DNA of 64,000 nucleotides from a virus. Location: IMG/VR virus record IMGVR_UViG_3300013132_000026, positions 32,001 to 96,000 of that record, one strand, 5' to 3'. This document shows positions 1-8,383 of this stretch, one piece after another. The notes under the pieces were generated by a model, which did no database searches, was not told the DNA's origin, and saw only the letters and a program-made list of their open reading frames with translations. Within the stretch, counting starts at the first letter, position 1; the number at the start of each line of letters is the position of its first letter. A program made the translations under genes and the position numbers.

Positions 1-1
1 T

Positions 2-1294
2 CAAGCGACCGCTGGTCACTTCGGCGGCGCCGATGGCGTCACAATCAACGCTTCTGGTTTGACAGTTTCAACGTCTGGAAGAATCAATGGAAACGTTAAC
101 TATAACGTTTCCTTTTCTCCTCCATTTGGAGGTGGCGACAGCAAGGGCTTTTTCTTAGGTTATGCTGGTGGCGCTTATCAATTTTTTATTGGACATGGTG
201 GCGCGTCGCCTGGTCAATACCTATATTGGAACGGAACTTCCTTATCTATTACTGGAGAAATTAGAGCGATATCTGGTTATATCGGAGGGACGACTAGTGG
301 CTGGGAAATTACTTCGGGAACGATATCAAATTATAACGCAGCAAGCGGAAGAACTACTACGCTAACCTCTGATGCTAAAATCGCAATATCAAATCCGCTG
401 AGTACTATGACGCTAGACAATTCTTCTAATCAGGGAAGCATTACTATCAGCGGAACATATCCAGCGGTTCTTACCGCTGGCGTAGCAAATAGCGTTTTAA
501 CGCTTGGATCTGGAACAGCTAGATCTATCTTAAATCAAACTTCTGGTTTGTTTTTGGATGACGATGGAGTAGGAACTAGAAAAGTAACAATTAATACTAC
601 CTCGCCAGTAGAGCTTAGACGAGATGGATTATTTTTAGGGGTAGGTACTGGTAAAAAGATTGTCGTCGGATCGAGTACATATTCTAGCATTCAAGATATC
701 ACAACTAGTGGATTTGCCATAAATGTAAAAGATGCTATAGTTGAAGTCGTCTCGACTATCCCAGACAATACTGGTCTTCTTAACCAAGGGCTAGAAACTT
801 ACAGAATGCGCGGGAACCCAACTACCGCAAACAATGAAATTTATTTGCGACAATATTTTAATCGTCATACGTTCGGTAGTACTTGGGATGGCGTTGGCAT
901 CAGATTCCAGCATCATGTTTATCAAAGCTTATATGGATTTATAGAGTTTAATTCGGCAATAGGAGTTGCTGGAAGAGACACAGATAAGTCTGTTGCTATT
1001 GGCAGCGGAGTCGATGAAAGACTAAGAATTAATCCTTTGTCCGTAAATATCAAAGATGTTAATCTGCGTATTTATAGCGGATCGACTCAATCGTGTAGAA
1101 TTGACTACACTAATGGAGACTACTATATTCTTGGCAATAAGATTATTAGCGCAAGAAGAACGGGCTGGACCGCCGCGACTGGGACCGCAACAAGAACGTC
1201 TTTCGACACATCAACTGTAACTACAGCGCAGCTGGCAGAGCGCGTCAAAGCTCTACTAGACGATCTAATCGCCCACGGATTAGTCGGAGCTTAA
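2..1294 (+). CDS. Tail fibre / receptor-binding protein, C-terminal part (5' truncated by window)
   Basis: Frame open from base 2; G/S/T-rich beta-type sequence; C-terminal RRTGWTAATGT...LAERVKALLDDLIAHGL resembles phage fibre/spike ends. Confidence 0.75.
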   Translation, partial: QATAGHFGGADGVTINASGLTVSTSGRINGNVNYNVSFSPPFGGGDSKGFFLGYAGGAYQFFIGHGGASPGQYLYWNGTSLSITGEIRAISGYIGGTTSGWEITSGTISNYNAASGRTTTLTSDAKIAISNPLSTMTLDNSSNQGSITISGTYPAVLTAGVANSVLTLGSGTARSILNQTSGLFLDDDGVGTRKVTINTTSPVELRRDGLFLGVGTGKKIVVGSSTYSSIQDITTSGFAINVKDAIVEVVSTIPDNTGLLNQGLETYRMRGNPTTANNEIYLRQYFNRHTFGSTWDGVGIRFQHHVYQSLYGFIEFNSAIGVAGRDTDKSVAIGSGVDERLRINPLSVNIKDVNLRIYSGSTQSCRIDYTNGDYYILGNKIISARRTGWTAATGTATRTSFDTSTVTTAQLAERVKALLDDLIAHGLVGA

Positions 1295-1671
1295 TAGTCT
1301 ACTTTGATATGCTTCGACTCGAACTTCTTCTTTTGTTCGGGATGCTTCGCGCCTTTTCTGCTATCCGAGTATTCTTTGAAGAACTTGTCTTTGACGGGAT
1401 CGCTGCCGCCGTTTTTGTCTGCGCGTTTTTCACTCAGTTCTTTGCTCTTGTCTAGCAAATCGCCCATCGATCCCTTCTTGTTGCGCGTTGCGTCTAAGAA
1501 TGCTTGTGGGTTATTCGGGTCTATTTGCGAGTCTGTTGACGCATTGGGGATAGAGAACACTCTGTTCCACTTTAGCCCGTTTTCGTCGGTATATGAGTGG
1601 TCCTCGTTCATTGTTTGAACGATATCGACTCGCTCGCCAGTCTCGGGATGCTCGTAAGTGTAAATAGGCAT
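1291..1671 (-). CDS. FmdB-like (zinc-ribbon-like, Cys-less) conserved phage protein
   Basis: MPIYTYEHPETGE start resembles the FmdB MPxYxY motif; 126 aa. Confidence 0.55.
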   Translation of the reverse strand: MPIYTYEHPETGERVDIVQTMNEDHSYTDENGLKWNRVFSIPNASTDSQIDPNNPQAFLDATRNKKGSMGDLLDKSKELSEKRADKNGGSDPVKDKFFKEYSDSRKGAKHPEQKKKFESKHIKVDY

Positions 1672-1684
1672 ATAAAATGATAAT

Positions 1685-1717
1685 AAAAAAGGCGCTTTTT
1701 CAAGCGCCTTTGTTTTT
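1685..1717 (-). terminator. Intrinsic terminator after hsp20 (possibly bidirectional)
   Basis: AAAGGCGCTT-TTTC-AAGCGCCTTT hairpin flanked by A and T tracts. Confidence 0.75.
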
Positions 1718-2159
1718 AGTCGATTCGAACTTTGCGGGGTTTGGCCGCTTCCTTGAATGGAATCCTAATAGTTAGGACCTCTTCGCGAAGCGTAGAATTG
1801 ATCTGATCAAGATCGTAGTCTTGAAGAAGAGTGAGCCTGAAGTGAATCGGCTTCGTCTTCTGGTTGTCCATATCTACAACAACGTCTCCACCGTTAGGCT
1901 CAACAGAAACGTCGATCTGAGAAGCTTTAAAGTCGGGAGCAAAAAGCTTCAGAACGAATTCTTTGTCGTCAGCAGTTTGCTGAAGAATCGTTGGTTGTGG
2001 GTCAATGTCGATCTTACTGAACTGAGACTCGCTCGTTAGCGTGCCTGCCGCCAATTCAAGCAAATCAGCGAATCTACCGCCATAAGAGCTATAAGTCGAA
2101 TACGAATAGACGTTAGGATTAAATGTAACTTTTGGATTTGATATTGTGAATAGTTGCAT
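1716..2159 (-). CDS. Small heat-shock protein (Hsp20/alpha-crystallin), divergent
   Basis: APDFKASQIDVSV...INSTLREEVLTIRIP...PRKVRID matches the Hsp20 core and C-terminal IxI-like motif. Confidence 0.75.
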   Translation of the reverse strand: MQLFTISNPKVTFNPNVYSYSTYSSYGGRFADLLELAAGTLTSESQFSKIDIDPQPTILQQTADDKEFVLKLFAPDFKASQIDVSVEPNGGDVVVDMDNQKTKPIHFRLTLLQDYDLDQINSTLREEVLTIRIPFKEAAKPRKVRID

Positions 2160-2187
2160 ATTGCGCCATAGTTGGCTTTTATTCTAT

Positions 2188-2203
2188 TGCACGCTGCGTG
2201 CCA
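2188..2203 (-). promoter_or_regulatory. Sigma54-type (-24/-12) promoter upstream of hsp20
   Basis: Minus strand TGGCACGCAGCGTGCA = GG-N10-GC, about 30 nt before the ATG; perfect palindrome TTTTCCCTAGGGAAAA at 2206-2221. Confidence 0.6.
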
Positions 2204-2224
2204 AATTTTCCCTAGGGAAAACGT

Positions 2225-3322
2225 CTAAACCTTTGCCAGAACGTCTCTTATATGAGTCAAAGTGTTCGCGTAAGTGAGTTTTTGACCCAACGCAACGCCA
2301 GCGTCGTTCTTCTTACCAGATAAGGTAAGCTCAACAGCCTTTTCGATAGCAGCTACGGCAGCATCGTCCGAGAAATCGTAAATGTTGCCTTGGTTAAAGT
2401 CGGAACCTTTCTTGAAGAAAGTCCCGTCATAAGCCTCGATTTTGCCCGTTGACTCAACGAGGATAGAGTTATCCTTGGTCGCCCAGTCTTTGTGGCTCGT
2501 AGCGTTCAGTACGATGCTCCACTTGCCAAGGCAAGTTGCGTTGAACGCAGGAAGACCCCAACCTTCTGCGCCGCTAAGACCAGAGAGGTCAATATCGGCA
2601 GAGTTAATGATGTCGTTGACTTCGGCGTTCGTCGCGACGAAAGGCAGGAAGTTGATATTTGAAGCGAGGCTCTTGTAGCCCATTACCATCTTCTTCATCA
2701 GTTCCTTGTCGAGAAACGGATTCATAACCGAGCAACTAAGTTGGAACTTTGGATTGTTGCCGTACTTCTTTGCCCAGAGCTTAATGATCTTGTCCGTATG
2801 CTTGCGCTTTTCGAACTTGCCCATCAGCAAGAAGTGAGTCTTTCCCTCAAGATACTTTTTATTCGTTTTAAAGAAACTCGGATCGAAACCAAGCGGAGCA
2901 GAGTACACGTTAGCGCACCCGTTGCTTACGAACGAGTCTCTAGCATACGAGCTAGAGAAGATCGTCGCGTCTTGAAGCGCAACTATTGCATTTTCTACAA
3001 CAGTTGGCTGATCGAGTTCATAAAACGAAAACAGTACTTGCTTTTTCGTGAGACGCTTCTCGGCTCCGTTAATGTGCCAAAGCTTCAAAGACACTGCATC
3101 CTTAGAAAGATCTCTGTACCGATTGTCGATTAGACTTTTGATCCAATCGACAAACTCGGCGTCTTTCTTATCGAACGCAGACAGGTCTACGTTCGAGATC
3201 GGAAAGTACGAAACCTTAAAGGACGAGTCGCTTTGCTGGAGCTTGTAAAGCTCTTTGAGAATGTTATACGCAACATTCCCAAACGACACTTGGTTTAACG
3301 GAGCTTCGAAGACAACGTGCAT
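2225..3322 (-). CDS. Glycosyltransferase (GT-B, GT4-like)
   Basis: GKFEKRKH and SGAEGWGLPAFNATCLGK motifs. Confidence 0.85.
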   Translation of the reverse strand: MHVVFEAPLNQVSFGNVAYNILKELYKLQQSDSSFKVSYFPISNVDLSAFDKKDAEFVDWIKSLIDNRYRDLSKDAVSLKLWHINGAEKRLTKKQVLFSFYELDQPTVVENAIVALQDATIFSSSYARDSFVSNGCANVYSAPLGFDPSFFKTNKKYLEGKTHFLLMGKFEKRKHTDKIIKLWAKKYGNNPKFQLSCSVMNPFLDKELMKKMVMGYKSLASNINFLPFVATNAEVNDIINSADIDLSGLSGAEGWGLPAFNATCLGKWSIVLNATSHKDWATKDNSILVESTGKIEAYDGTFFKKGSDFNQGNIYDFSDDAAVAAIEKAVELTLSGKKNDAGVALGQKLTYANTLTHIRDVLAKV

Positions 3323-3798
3323 TAGATTGGAATTTCTTCGTCGTTAGACTCTTCCTGCTGACGTGGAGCGGGCTTTGCCTTTTGATAAGTTGGCTTGGCT
3401 GGAGCCGAGGAAAACTTATTCGTGTTGGCAGCGGGTCGCGCCGCAGGGCGTGCAGCTTGAGCAACGTCTTCTTCGCCTTGAGCCTCGTCCTTACGCTTGC
3501 TTCCGATGAAGCTGACACGCTCGGCAACAACGAGAATCTTCGAACGCTTCTCGCCGTTCTTTTCCCAAGTGTCTTGCTTGAGACGACCAGTTACTGCAAC
3601 TGCACTACCCTTCTTGACATAGTTCGTGACGAAGTCCGCTTGCTTTTCCCAAGCATCGACATCGATATAAACCGTTTCCTTGTCGTTGATTGGATTGTTA
3701 ATGGCGAGGCGAATCGTCGCGATGGCCTTTCCTGTCAAAGTCGATCTCGCTTCTGGGTCCGAGACGACGTTTCCTGCTAGTACTACTACATTAATCAT
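3322..3798 (-). CDS. ssb: Single-stranded DNA-binding protein
   Basis: MINVVVLAGNVVSDPE...KKGSAVAVTGRLKQDTWE OB-fold; acidic tail DEEIPI. Confidence 0.95.
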   Translation of the reverse strand: MINVVVLAGNVVSDPEARSTLTGKAIATIRLAINNPINDKETVYIDVDAWEKQADFVTNYVKKGSAVAVTGRLKQDTWEKNGEKRSKILVVAERVSFIGSKRKDEAQGEEDVAQAARPAARPAANTNKFSSAPAKPTYQKAKPAPRQQEESNDEEIPI

Positions 3799-4372
3799 GA
3801 TGTTTTTGATAGTTTTTTTTCAGAGTTTTGAATGCTGAATTGTGGATATTGATACATCCTTGAATCGATAAGTCAAGTTCTTTTGCGATTTTTCTCCAAG
3901 GCGTGGGCTTTTTCTTGCCGTTTAAATAACGTAACCGAAAAATCTTTTCGATACGTTTGTCGTCAAAACACGCGAGTTCTTTAAAAATTTCTTTTAAAAC
4001 TTTTTGGTCAGATGTTTCCGTGTTCTCGGAAGTTTCAAACGCGCAGTCGAAACCGTCTTCCATTGGAAGGTGCCGCTTCTTGTTCGAAGAGTTCAAACAC
4101 AACCAACGAGTATGGTTTCCAAGGTAAGTTGAGAATTTGATGTTACGTTTCTCGTCGAACGATTTGACTGCGTCAAAAATATGAGACTCGCGCCCATTGA
4201 TAAGATCGTGAAAATTATCGATAGAAGTTTCTCTCGGGGCATAATTGTGGACCATCTGCAAGTAGATGCCCGAATGGCGATTTACAATCTCTTTAAAACA
4301 AAGACTGTCGCCGTTGTGACGGACCTCCTCGATCAAATCGAGGTCGTTCATTTGTTCGGGCATCAACTTCAT
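3791..4372 (-). CDS. Phage sigma70-family RNA polymerase sigma factor
   Basis: Region-2 AVKSFDEKRNIKFSTYL and region-4 HTH PWRKIAKELDLSIQGCINIHNSA. Confidence 0.8.
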   Translation of the reverse strand: MKLMPEQMNDLDLIEEVRHNGDSLCFKEIVNRHSGIYLQMVHNYAPRETSIDNFHDLINGRESHIFDAVKSFDEKRNIKFSTYLGNHTRWLCLNSSNKKRHLPMEDGFDCAFETSENTETSDQKVLKEIFKELACFDDKRIEKIFRLRYLNGKKKPTPWRKIAKELDLSIQGCINIHNSAFKTLKKNYQKHHD

Positions 4373-4884
4373 GCGCCTGTGCTACCGAAGCCCGCCTTTC
4401 CGCGAAGAGACTCATCGAGACTTTCGGCTACAAAAAGTTTGGGTTTTACCGCTGGCATAAACACAAGCTGACCAATCTTGTCGCCCATTTTGTAAATCTT
4501 ATCGAACTCTGGAACAGTCTTGCCGAAGTACCTAAAGCGCAGTTTAATCGAACCTCTGTAACCGCTGTCGATTACCCCCACAGAGTTCGTCAAGGCTAGC
4601 TGATAATTGCTGATGCTCGACCTCGGGAAAACAAGAGAGAAACAATTAGTTGGAGGTTGGATTACAACGCCCGTATCGTACTCGATGTACATGGGCTTTA
4701 AGCTCTTCGATTTTCTATCGTAAATCAGATGAGGAATCGTTGAGGCTACGAGATCCCAACCAACATCGCCTTCTGCTGGGGCGATCAGGTTGTTTTCAAA
4801 GCCATTTTTGAGAACTTTGAACGCTGGAGACGGGTAAGAATTTTGCTTTCCTGCTTGCTTCGAAACGTAGAGATTTTCTTCCAT
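4369..4884 (-). CDS. dut: dUTPase (trimeric)
   Basis: GDVGWDL, PRSS, GVIDSGYRG and RGKAGFGSTG motifs; start placed at ATG 4884 just after the promoter. Confidence 0.95.
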   Translation of the reverse strand: MEENLYVSKQAGKQNSYPSPAFKVLKNGFENNLIAPAEGDVGWDLVASTIPHLIYDRKSKSLKPMYIEYDTGVVIQPPTNCFSLVFPRSSISNYQLALTNSVGVIDSGYRGSIKLRFRYFGKTVPEFDKIYKMGDKIGQLVFMPAVKPKLFVAESLDESLRGKAGFGSTGA

Positions 4885-4890
4885 GACCGC

Positions 4891-4920
4891 AGAGTAGATC
4901 AACATAATCGAACTTGTCAA
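4891..4920 (-). promoter_or_regulatory. Sigma70-type promoter, leaderless or near-leaderless, for the dut-sigma-ssb unit
   Basis: TTGACA-N18-TACTCT, then 6 nt to the ATG. Confidence 0.6.
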
Positions 4921-4924
4921 TGGT

Positions 4925-5090
4925 TTTTCCACAAGGTCACGCGAAGCGTAATTTAAAACCGATAGGTTTTAAATTTAAGGATAGGGATAGGGTGAGCGGA
5001 GCGGTTGGGGGATAATAGGGGGGAGAGTCCGAGAGGGGGGAAAGAAGGGGGAAGGAGAGGAGAGAGGGAAAGGGAAAGGAAGGGGGTTTT
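4925..5090. other. Origin-like divergent intergenic region
   Basis: DnaA-box match TTTTCCACA (4925-4933); ACGC-GAA-GCGT mini-hairpin; 11-bp AT-rich inverted repeat (4950-4975); 56-nt pure purine G-rich tract (5031-5086). Confidence 0.45.
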
Positions 5091-5128
5091 TCTGCCGAAC
5101 AAAATTCTATTTGTTTTTTGCATTTTTC

Positions 5129-5142
5129 GTGTAAAAATTAGT
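5129..5142 (+). promoter_or_regulatory. Putative late promoter motif GTGTAA
   Basis: GTGTAA-AAATTAGT-ATG; the motif recurs before several late-type genes. Confidence 0.55.
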
Positions 5143-5463
5143 ATGTCTGATGACAAAGATCTTCTAAAACTTTTCCTCGAAAGCGGATGGATGGTATCGA
5201 TAATCGGAGCCGCAGGAATGATCGCCAGACTAGTTTCAAACCCGCTCAAAAAGGCCAATTGCATGGACTATTTCCGCAAGATCTTTGTTGCCTCGGTTAC
5301 TTCAACAATTGCTTGGTTTATCGTTGAGCAGATTGAGATTAGCTCGATCACGAAAGCCATAACTTATGGCGTGGTTGGCGTCGTAAGTCCAGAGATCATC
5401 GATGCCTTGATTAATCTTGCGAAGGGCGTTTCAAAAGATCCGATCAAAATCATCAAAAAGTAA
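5143..5463 (+). CDS. Holin-like membrane protein
   Basis: 106 aa, three hydrophobic segments, basic C-terminus; start at ATG 5143. Confidence 0.6.
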   Translation: MSDDKDLLKLFLESGWMVSIIGAAGMIARLVSNPLKKANCMDYFRKIFVASVTSTIAWFIVEQIEISSITKAITYGVVGVVSPEIIDALINLAKGVSKDPIKIIKK

Positions 5464-6101
5464 TGTCTCCAAAGATTAAAATACTATTACTTGGACTTAT
5501 AGGTTTGGTATTTTCAGCATACGGTTACGTTCTGTCGGAAAGAACCGTCGAAAACTTCCAAAAATCGGAGCAATGTTTCAAAAATGTAACATACCAACTC
5601 AGTCCGATGTTCGACGCACACACATTGCTGATCGTTGACTCTCACGTTAAAACTGCCCACGGACTAATGTCGTTCGAGGATTTTTGCAAAAACATGGAAG
5701 CGGCAGAAACTACGATCAAAAAAACTTTAAAGAGCTATGAGAAAAATCTCGACTCAGAGACTGAAAAAGAAATGTTTTTAAGTCTTGAGCAACGTTGCGA
5801 AGAGACATTCGATTATGTCAAAAATGTGAAGAAAATTTGCCAAGAAAAGAGCAAAGAAAAGATCGAGGAGCTTATTTCGAACGGCGAACTTTACAAAAAT
5901 ACGGACCCGACATTAGATCTTATTAATGAGGCACTAGAAAAGGAACTTTTACTATCATCCGATTACAATTCTCGCTCGATCAAATCGCTCAAAAACTTCG
6001 AGAAGTTTATAACGATGTTTATGGGTTTTTCAATCGTTTTGTCGGCAGCGGCATTCTTCCCTATAAAAGCCGAGAAAAAGATCAAAAGACGTGTAAAATA
6101 A
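5463..6101 (+). CDS. Two-TM protein with MCP-type four-helix-bundle periplasmic domain and no signalling domain
   Basis: TM1, then QLSPMFDAHTLLIVDSHVK...ELYKNTDPTLDLINEALE resembling a 4HB_MCP domain, then TM2 and a short basic tail. Confidence 0.6.
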   Translation: MSPKIKILLLGLIGLVFSAYGYVLSERTVENFQKSEQCFKNVTYQLSPMFDAHTLLIVDSHVKTAHGLMSFEDFCKNMEAAETTIKKTLKSYEKNLDSETEKEMFLSLEQRCEETFDYVKNVKKICQEKSKEKIEELISNGELYKNTDPTLDLINEALEKELLLSSDYNSRSIKSLKNFEKFITMFMGFSIVLSAAAFFPIKAEKKIKRRVK

Positions 6102-6106
6102 CTTAT
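6091..6106 (+). promoter_or_regulatory. Putative late promoter motif GTGTAA
   Basis: GTGTAA-AATAACTTAT-ATG. Confidence 0.55.
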
Positions 6107-7342
6107 ATGGAACTCGATTTTTCTGAACAAATCTTAGCGAAGAAGCGCCCAGGTCCCAAAAGCTCTGCTCAAACACCAGCCAAACCAGAAGACAGACTGA
6201 AGGGTTCGCCAAAGAACCAGCCTGGCTCCGCTGGCACAAAGCCAGATGCTAAAGAAAAAGCCCAGAAAGCCTTAGAGCGCAAAGACGAAAAGAAAGTCGT
6301 AAAGGCAGCTATCACGTTCAGCGATAAGGTAACAAAAGCTCTGAAGAATAAAGTTCAGCAGCATAACGAAAAACACTCTCGCAAAGTAACGCTTTCACAG
6401 CTTAAGAAAGTATATCGTCGCGGTGCAGGAGCCTTCTCTGCGTCAAGCAGGCCCGGTAAAAGCCGTGGACAGTGGGCAATGGCTCGCGTCAATACTTTTC
6501 TAAGGATGATGGCTGGCGGCAAAGTTAAGGATGCTTACCGTGCCGCTGATCAAGACATCGCAAAAGCCAGCGATAACAACGTCAAAACTCTATCGCAAAA
6601 GTCACTGACATCAATCGACTTTGATGAATATGAGTTGGTTATCGCTGCTTCCGATTTAGTAAAGTCGAACGTCTCGCTCGCAGAAATGGACGAGATGTAC
6701 GAATCAGAAGACGAAGAAGAGTATAACGAAATGTCAGAGGCCGAAAAGAAAACTCTGAACAAGCCGTTTCGCCTTCCTTCTGGTTCAAAGAAGAAGTTCG
6801 GCGTTTACGTTAAGAACGAGAACGGCAACGTCGTTAAGGTAACGTTTGGCGATCCAAACATGGATATCAAGCGCGACGATCCAGAACGCCGCAAGAACTT
6901 CCGTGCTCGCCATCAGTGTGACACGAACCCCGGTCCAAAGTGGAAAGCCCGTTACTGGTCATGCAGAATGTGGGAAGCTGGTAAGTCTGTTACTCAAGTA
7001 ACCAAAGGATCTTACGCAGAGTACATGATGCAGATGGACGAAGTCTACAGTCAAGAAGACTTGATGAAAGAAAATCCATCTTTGAAAGATGTTCCAGAAA
7101 TGGACGAGAATATGGAGGAGATCAAAGAGTACTCAGAAGAGTCTATCGAGATGTCTATTGGCTCACTTTCGTCTGTTAAGATGAAGGCCGAAGAACTCGT
7201 TATGGCGATCCAGTCCAATCAGAAAATTGCTATTGGCGCAACTGAGCCTTGGGTAGCTTCAAAGATCACACTGATCGACGACTACATCAACAGCATCTAC
7301 AATTACCTCATGTTCTCCGAAAAGGGAGAAAAAGAGGATTAA
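6107..7342 (+). CDS. Mosaic virion/head-type protein with basic DUF5824-like and DUF6321-like modules
   Basis: VYRRGAGAF..S.RPG..QWAMARVNTF and KFGVYVK..KVTFGDP..RKNFRARHQC..ARYWSCRMW modules separated by acidic linkers. Confidence 0.55.
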   Translation: MELDFSEQILAKKRPGPKSSAQTPAKPEDRLKGSPKNQPGSAGTKPDAKEKAQKALERKDEKKVVKAAITFSDKVTKALKNKVQQHNEKHSRKVTLSQLKKVYRRGAGAFSASSRPGKSRGQWAMARVNTFLRMMAGGKVKDAYRAADQDIAKASDNNVKTLSQKSLTSIDFDEYELVIAASDLVKSNVSLAEMDEMYESEDEEEYNEMSEAEKKTLNKPFRLPSGSKKKFGVYVKNENGNVVKVTFGDPNMDIKRDDPERRKNFRARHQCDTNPGPKWKARYWSCRMWEAGKSVTQVTKGSYAEYMMQMDEVYSQEDLMKENPSLKDVPEMDENMEEIKEYSEESIEMSIGSLSSVKMKAEELVMAIQSNQKIAIGATEPWVASKITLIDDYINSIYNYLMFSEKGEKED

Positions 7343-7381
7343 TTTTTAGAATATCGCGAGTCATACCCTAAAATCTCGGGT

Positions 7382-8383
7382 ATGACTTACGATCAAATTG
7401 CTCTAGTCCCTCGATATTTTGACGGGTATAGCAGGTCCGACTTGGATGTCGAGACCGAGTTTTTAGGCTATACGTTCAAGCTTCCGGTAGTTCCGGCGAA
7501 CATGAGTTCCGTAGTCGGCGTCGATACTTGCCGCTACTTGGCCAACAACGGGTATTTTTACATCATGCATAGGTTCTTGCATGAAGACGATGGATGGATC
7601 AAGTTCGTGCGGACGGCTAATAAAGAAAATTGGCCGATTATTAGCGTTAGCGTCGGAGTTTCAAACGATGAGCTTGCGCTAATCAAGCGAGTCATTGACG
7701 AACAGCTTCGAATCGATTTTGTTACTATCGATATCGCTCATGGTCACTGCGCATTGATGCAGCGAGCAATCGAGTTCATCAAGAAGACGATGCCCGATGT
7801 TAAGATCATTGCTGGCAACGTTTGCACTTCAGATGGCGCGTTCGATCTTTACAAGTGGGGCGCAGACTGTGTTAAAGTTGGCATCGCTCAAGGTGGCGCT
7901 TGCTCCACTTACGGAAAGACTGGATTCGGACTCGGTATGCCAGAGACGCTAGATACGATCTTTAGCCGAGGTGAGATTTTTCCGATCATCGCTGATGGTG
8001 GAGTCAGAACAAACGGAGATATCGCCAAGGCAATCGCTCTCGCTGGCGAGTCGATGAGATATGCCCATGAAGGCGTTGGCGCGAAAGATCTAACCTATTA
8101 TCCTCCAATTTTGGTTATGGCTGGATCTATTTTTGCAGCCTGCACAGATTCTCCAACCTTCGAAAATGAATCGGGCGAAAAGCTTTATTATGGTTCAGCT
8201 TCGAGAACGCAGAAAGGCCACTCGAAGAATGTCGAAGGCTTTGAAGTTTGGATTCCAAATAACGGAATGACGCTCGAAGAGAAGCTCGAAGAAATCAAAC
8301 AAGATCTTCAGAGTGCAGTTTCGTATTCTGGCGGGACAAGTCTGGAGTCATTAAAGACAACTCCAAATTCATTTTCTAGATAG
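7382..8383 (+). CDS. guaC: GMP reductase
   Basis: IMPDH/GMPR barrel without CBS domains: PANM, IDIAHGH, IAGNV, KVGIAQGGACST, IIADGG, DLQSAVSY. Confidence 0.9.
   Translation: MTYDQIALVPRYFDGYSRSDLDVETEFLGYTFKLPVVPANMSSVVGVDTCRYLANNGYFYIMHRFLHEDDGWIKFVRTANKENWPIISVSVGVSNDELALIKRVIDEQLRIDFVTIDIAHGHCALMQRAIEFIKKTMPDVKIIAGNVCTSDGAFDLYKWGADCVKVGIAQGGACSTYGKTGFGLGMPETLDTIFSRGEIFPIIADGGVRTNGDIAKAIALAGESMRYAHEGVGAKDLTYYPPILVMAGSIFAACTDSPTFENESGEKLYYGSASRTQKGHSKNVEGFEVWIPNNGMTLEEKLEEIKQDLQSAVSYSGGTSLESLKTTPNSFSR

Noticed and set aside
1658-1663. GTGTAA on the + strand inside the FmdB-like gene
   Set aside because: It is the reverse complement of coding sequence (ATTTACACT), points into a terminator and has no credible downstream gene.
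2186-2204. CIRCE (HrcA) operator upstream of hsp20
   Set aside because: The inverted repeat GCACGC-N1-GCGTGC has a 1-nt spacer, not the 9 nt of CIRCE; it fits the sigma54 -24/-12 pattern better.
4953-5264. Minus-strand ORF 4953-5264 and the N-terminal extension of ORF 5005-5463
   Set aside because: Both are low-complexity translations of the polypurine tract; the likely real start is ATG 5143 after GTGTAA.
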